A stretch of 37,336 nt of DNA. It comes from a virus. Its lineage: Duplodnaviria > Caudoviricetes. The first letter of the stretch is position 1. Each line of letters begins with the position of its first letter. The notes beneath the pieces were generated by a model. The model saw only the letters and a list, made by a program, of their open reading frames with translations. It did not search any database and was not told the origin of the DNA. The DNA lies in the IMG/VR virus record IMGVR_UViG_3300031779_000006, positions 1 to 37,336 of that record; one strand, written 5' to 3'. Both the position numbers and the translations under genes were made by a program. Below are positions 35,526 through 37,336 of this stretch, piece after piece.

Positions 35526-35999
35526 ATGCCCAAGGGTACGTGCTCGATCTGCGGTGACGCACACTACGCACGGGGCTGGTGCAGGAATCATTACCGGCGC
35601 TGGATGCGGTACGACGACCCTCTCGGCGGTACCTGGCCGTCAGCTGACGCTGCATGCACGATCGGTAACTGCAAGGAACCGCACCTGGCGCGTGGCATGT
35701 GCGAGAAGCATTACCGGCGCTGGCATAGGACCGGCGATCCGCTGGTGGTACGTGAACGGCCTCCGCAAGCAGGCGTCCTCAATTTCAATTGGAGAGGTGA
35801 TGCAGTCAAGTACAGCGGGCTGCATCTTCGAGTACGTAAAGAACGCGGTCCGGCTTCAGCCCAGGTTTGCGCGCACGCTGACGAGACGTGCAAAGGTCGG
35901 CTGGAATGGGCGAATATCTCGCATGAGTATCTTGGTGTCGAAGATTTCATGCCGTTGTGCCAGTCACACCATGTTCGGTATGACAGGGAGGCTGGATGA
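35526..35999 (+). CDS. free-standing HNH-like endonuclease with two Cys/His repeats
   Basis: CSIC...ARGWCRNHY, CTIGNC...ARGMCEKHY; YSGLHLRV...GPAS...EWAN...PLCQSHH; low GC3. Confidence 0.8.
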   Translation: MPKGTCSICGDAHYARGWCRNHYRRWMRYDDPLGGTWPSADAACTIGNCKEPHLARGMCEKHYRRWHRTGDPLVVRERPPQAGVLNFNWRGDAVKYSGLHLRVRKERGPASAQVCAHADETCKGRLEWANISHEYLGVEDFMPLCQSHHVRYDREAG

Positions 36000-36649
36000 T
36001 GGGGTCTGAGCAAAGCCACATACCACGCGTCTCAGTAATAACACCAACGTGGCAAAGACATGACCTACTACTTAGCAGGACAGTTCCCTCGGTGCAGGCG
36101 CAGCGTTATCCGTCCGTGGAGCACATCATCGTCTCGGATGGTCCGGACCCCGAGCTCAAGGACAAGCTGGCCCAGCCCTGGACGGATGGCTGGCGGAACC
36201 TGTGGTACCACGAGCTGTCCGTGCACGACGAGGCCGAGCACTTCGGCGCGCCAGCCCGCAACGCCGGCCTGGAGCTAGCCAGCGGCACGTACGTCACCTA
36301 CTGCGACGACGATGACAGTTTGCGGCCCTGCCACTGCTACCTGCTGGCTGAGGCGCTGACTCAGCATCCGGAAGCGGACTTCGCGGTGAGCCGGATGATG
36401 AGCCACGGCCCGTACGGCGACATCGTGATTGGCACCGGCCCGCTGGCCGCCGGGAACCTGGGTACCCCAATGGTCATGCACAGGCGGAACGTGCCCGGGA
36501 AGTACGGCACCTGGGGCGAGGACGGTTCCTGGGGGCCGGGTGACCGGTTCGAGGACTGGCACCTGATCTGGGCCTGGATCCAGGCGGGGGTTGAGTACGT
36601 GCGCGTGCAGGCCGAGACTTCCGATGTGTGGCCGTCGATCTTCCGCTAG
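35996..36649 (+). CDS. glycosyltransferase family 2
   Basis: VSVITPT, EHIIVSDG, ARNAGL, YCDDDD, EDW. Confidence 0.9.
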   Translation: MMGSEQSHIPRVSVITPTWQRHDLLLSRTVPSVQAQRYPSVEHIIVSDGPDPELKDKLAQPWTDGWRNLWYHELSVHDEAEHFGAPARNAGLELASGTYVTYCDDDDSLRPCHCYLLAEALTQHPEADFAVSRMMSHGPYGDIVIGTGPLAAGNLGTPMVMHRRNVPGKYGTWGEDGSWGPGDRFEDWHLIWAWIQAGVEYVRVQAETSDVWPSIFR

Positions 36650-36657
36650 GAGCTGTC

Positions 36658-36927
36658 ATGACCATGCCTGATGAGTACGTGCCCTGCGTGGTGGACCCGG
36701 CTAACAGCTTCCTGTCGATGCCGCCCGGGCCGGCCGAGCTGCTGACCGGGATGGAGGGAGCGGCGGTCGGGGTACTGACCATCAGGACGCCGACCACCAC
36801 GCTGACCGTGAAGCTGCCGAAGAACCAGGTGCTCGCCTGGGGCAAGATGATCACCGAGCTGGGTGAGGAGCTGGAAGGTTCAGGGCTGCTGGTGGCTACC
36901 CGTAAGAACACGCTGCTGCGCCCGTGA
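36658..36927 (+). CDS. hypothetical protein
   Basis: SD AGGAG, ATG. Confidence 0.7.
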   Translation: MTMPDEYVPCVVDPANSFLSMPPGPAELLTGMEGAAVGVLTIRTPTTTLTVKLPKNQVLAWGKMITELGEELEGSGLLVATRKNTLLRP

Positions 36928-36981
36928 GCTACGAGGAGGTCAGCCAGCGAGAGGATCGGTAGTACTAGCGGAGGGAATAAA

Positions 36982-37336
36982 ATTAGGATTTTCGCAGGTC
37001 ACGACGGCGGCTCGGGTTGTAGCTACTATCGCATCGAGCTCCCTTTGCGGGAGATGGCCAGGCACGGGCACGAGGTGACGTTCGCCGACGCGGGCGACCG
37101 GAACCACCCGCCCGTGGTCACCCTGGACATGCTCCGCGGCTACGACGTGGTCGTCGCGCAGCGGTGGAACAAGCACGACGGGCTCGGTACCTGGCGGCGG
37201 GCCAGCCTGTGGGCGAAACTCGTCTACGACCTGGACGACGACCTATGGCACATCACGGCGGAAAACTGGAACGCCTATCAGCACTACAACCAGCCGGAGA
37301 TCCGCGACGCGACTACCCATGCTGCCGAAACCGCCA
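36982..37336 (+). CDS. glycosyltransferase-like protein (GT-B type N-terminus), 3'-truncated, probable ATT start
   Basis: (M)RIFAGHDGGSGCSYYRIELPL...HGHEV...DVVVAQR...LVYDLDDDLW; GGAGG 7 nt before ATT. Confidence 0.7.
   Translation, partial: MRIFAGHDGGSGCSYYRIELPLREMARHGHEVTFADAGDRNHPPVVTLDMLRGYDVVVAQRWNKHDGLGTWRRASLWAKLVYDLDDDLWHITAENWNAYQHYNQPEIRDATTHAAETA

Noticed and set aside
25199-36987. TTAGG at both the portal frameshift and the ATT start, as a shared element footprint
   Set aside because: Only 5 bp; removing it restores the portal frame but creates no start codon for the glycosyltransferase.
1-37336. CRISPR array, tRNA, rRNA, integrase or transposase
   Set aside because: No regularly spaced repeats, cloverleaf or catalytic motifs seen by eye; tRNAscan/Infernal would be needed to exclude small RNAs.

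Overview
High-GC actinobacterial (pro)phage segment, almost all on the + strand. Left part (1-9.5 kb): a cluster resembling the transfer region of mycelial-actinomycete plasmids/AICEs, with a membrane-bound FtsK/TraB-like translocase interrupted by a class 3 LAGLIDADG intein, small membrane proteins, TraA-like helical proteins, a stand-alone copy of the translocase's winged-helix domain and a membrane-anchored HNH nuclease. Middle (9.9-19.4 kb): XRE-DUF5753 regulator, secreted proteins, a minus-strand operon with a DNA cytosine methyltransferase, HNH, a HicA-like/cold-shock-domain fusion and an MsrQ-like membrane protein. Right part (19.5-37.3 kb): HK97-type head module (terminase small and large, portal, prohead protease, major capsid), two free-standing HNH genes, small virion-like proteins and a glycosyltransferase/methyltransferase cluster. 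No integrase, replication, tail or lysis genes are recognisable in the window. Most notable signals: (1) a conserved, covarying hairpin motif (stem-G[C/A]GGCC-loop-GGAGC[C/G]-stem) in the leaders of five morphogenesis genes, in three cases mutually exclusive with an RBS-sequestering hairpin, i.e. a candidate late-gene translational switch; (2) sharply bounded AT3-rich, apparently synonymous patches inside conserved genes; (3) a 16-18 bp near-palindrome repeated about every 10 kb; (4) a frameshifted portal 5' end and an ATT-initiated glycosyltransferase. All product calls come from motif recognition by eye; no database search was run.
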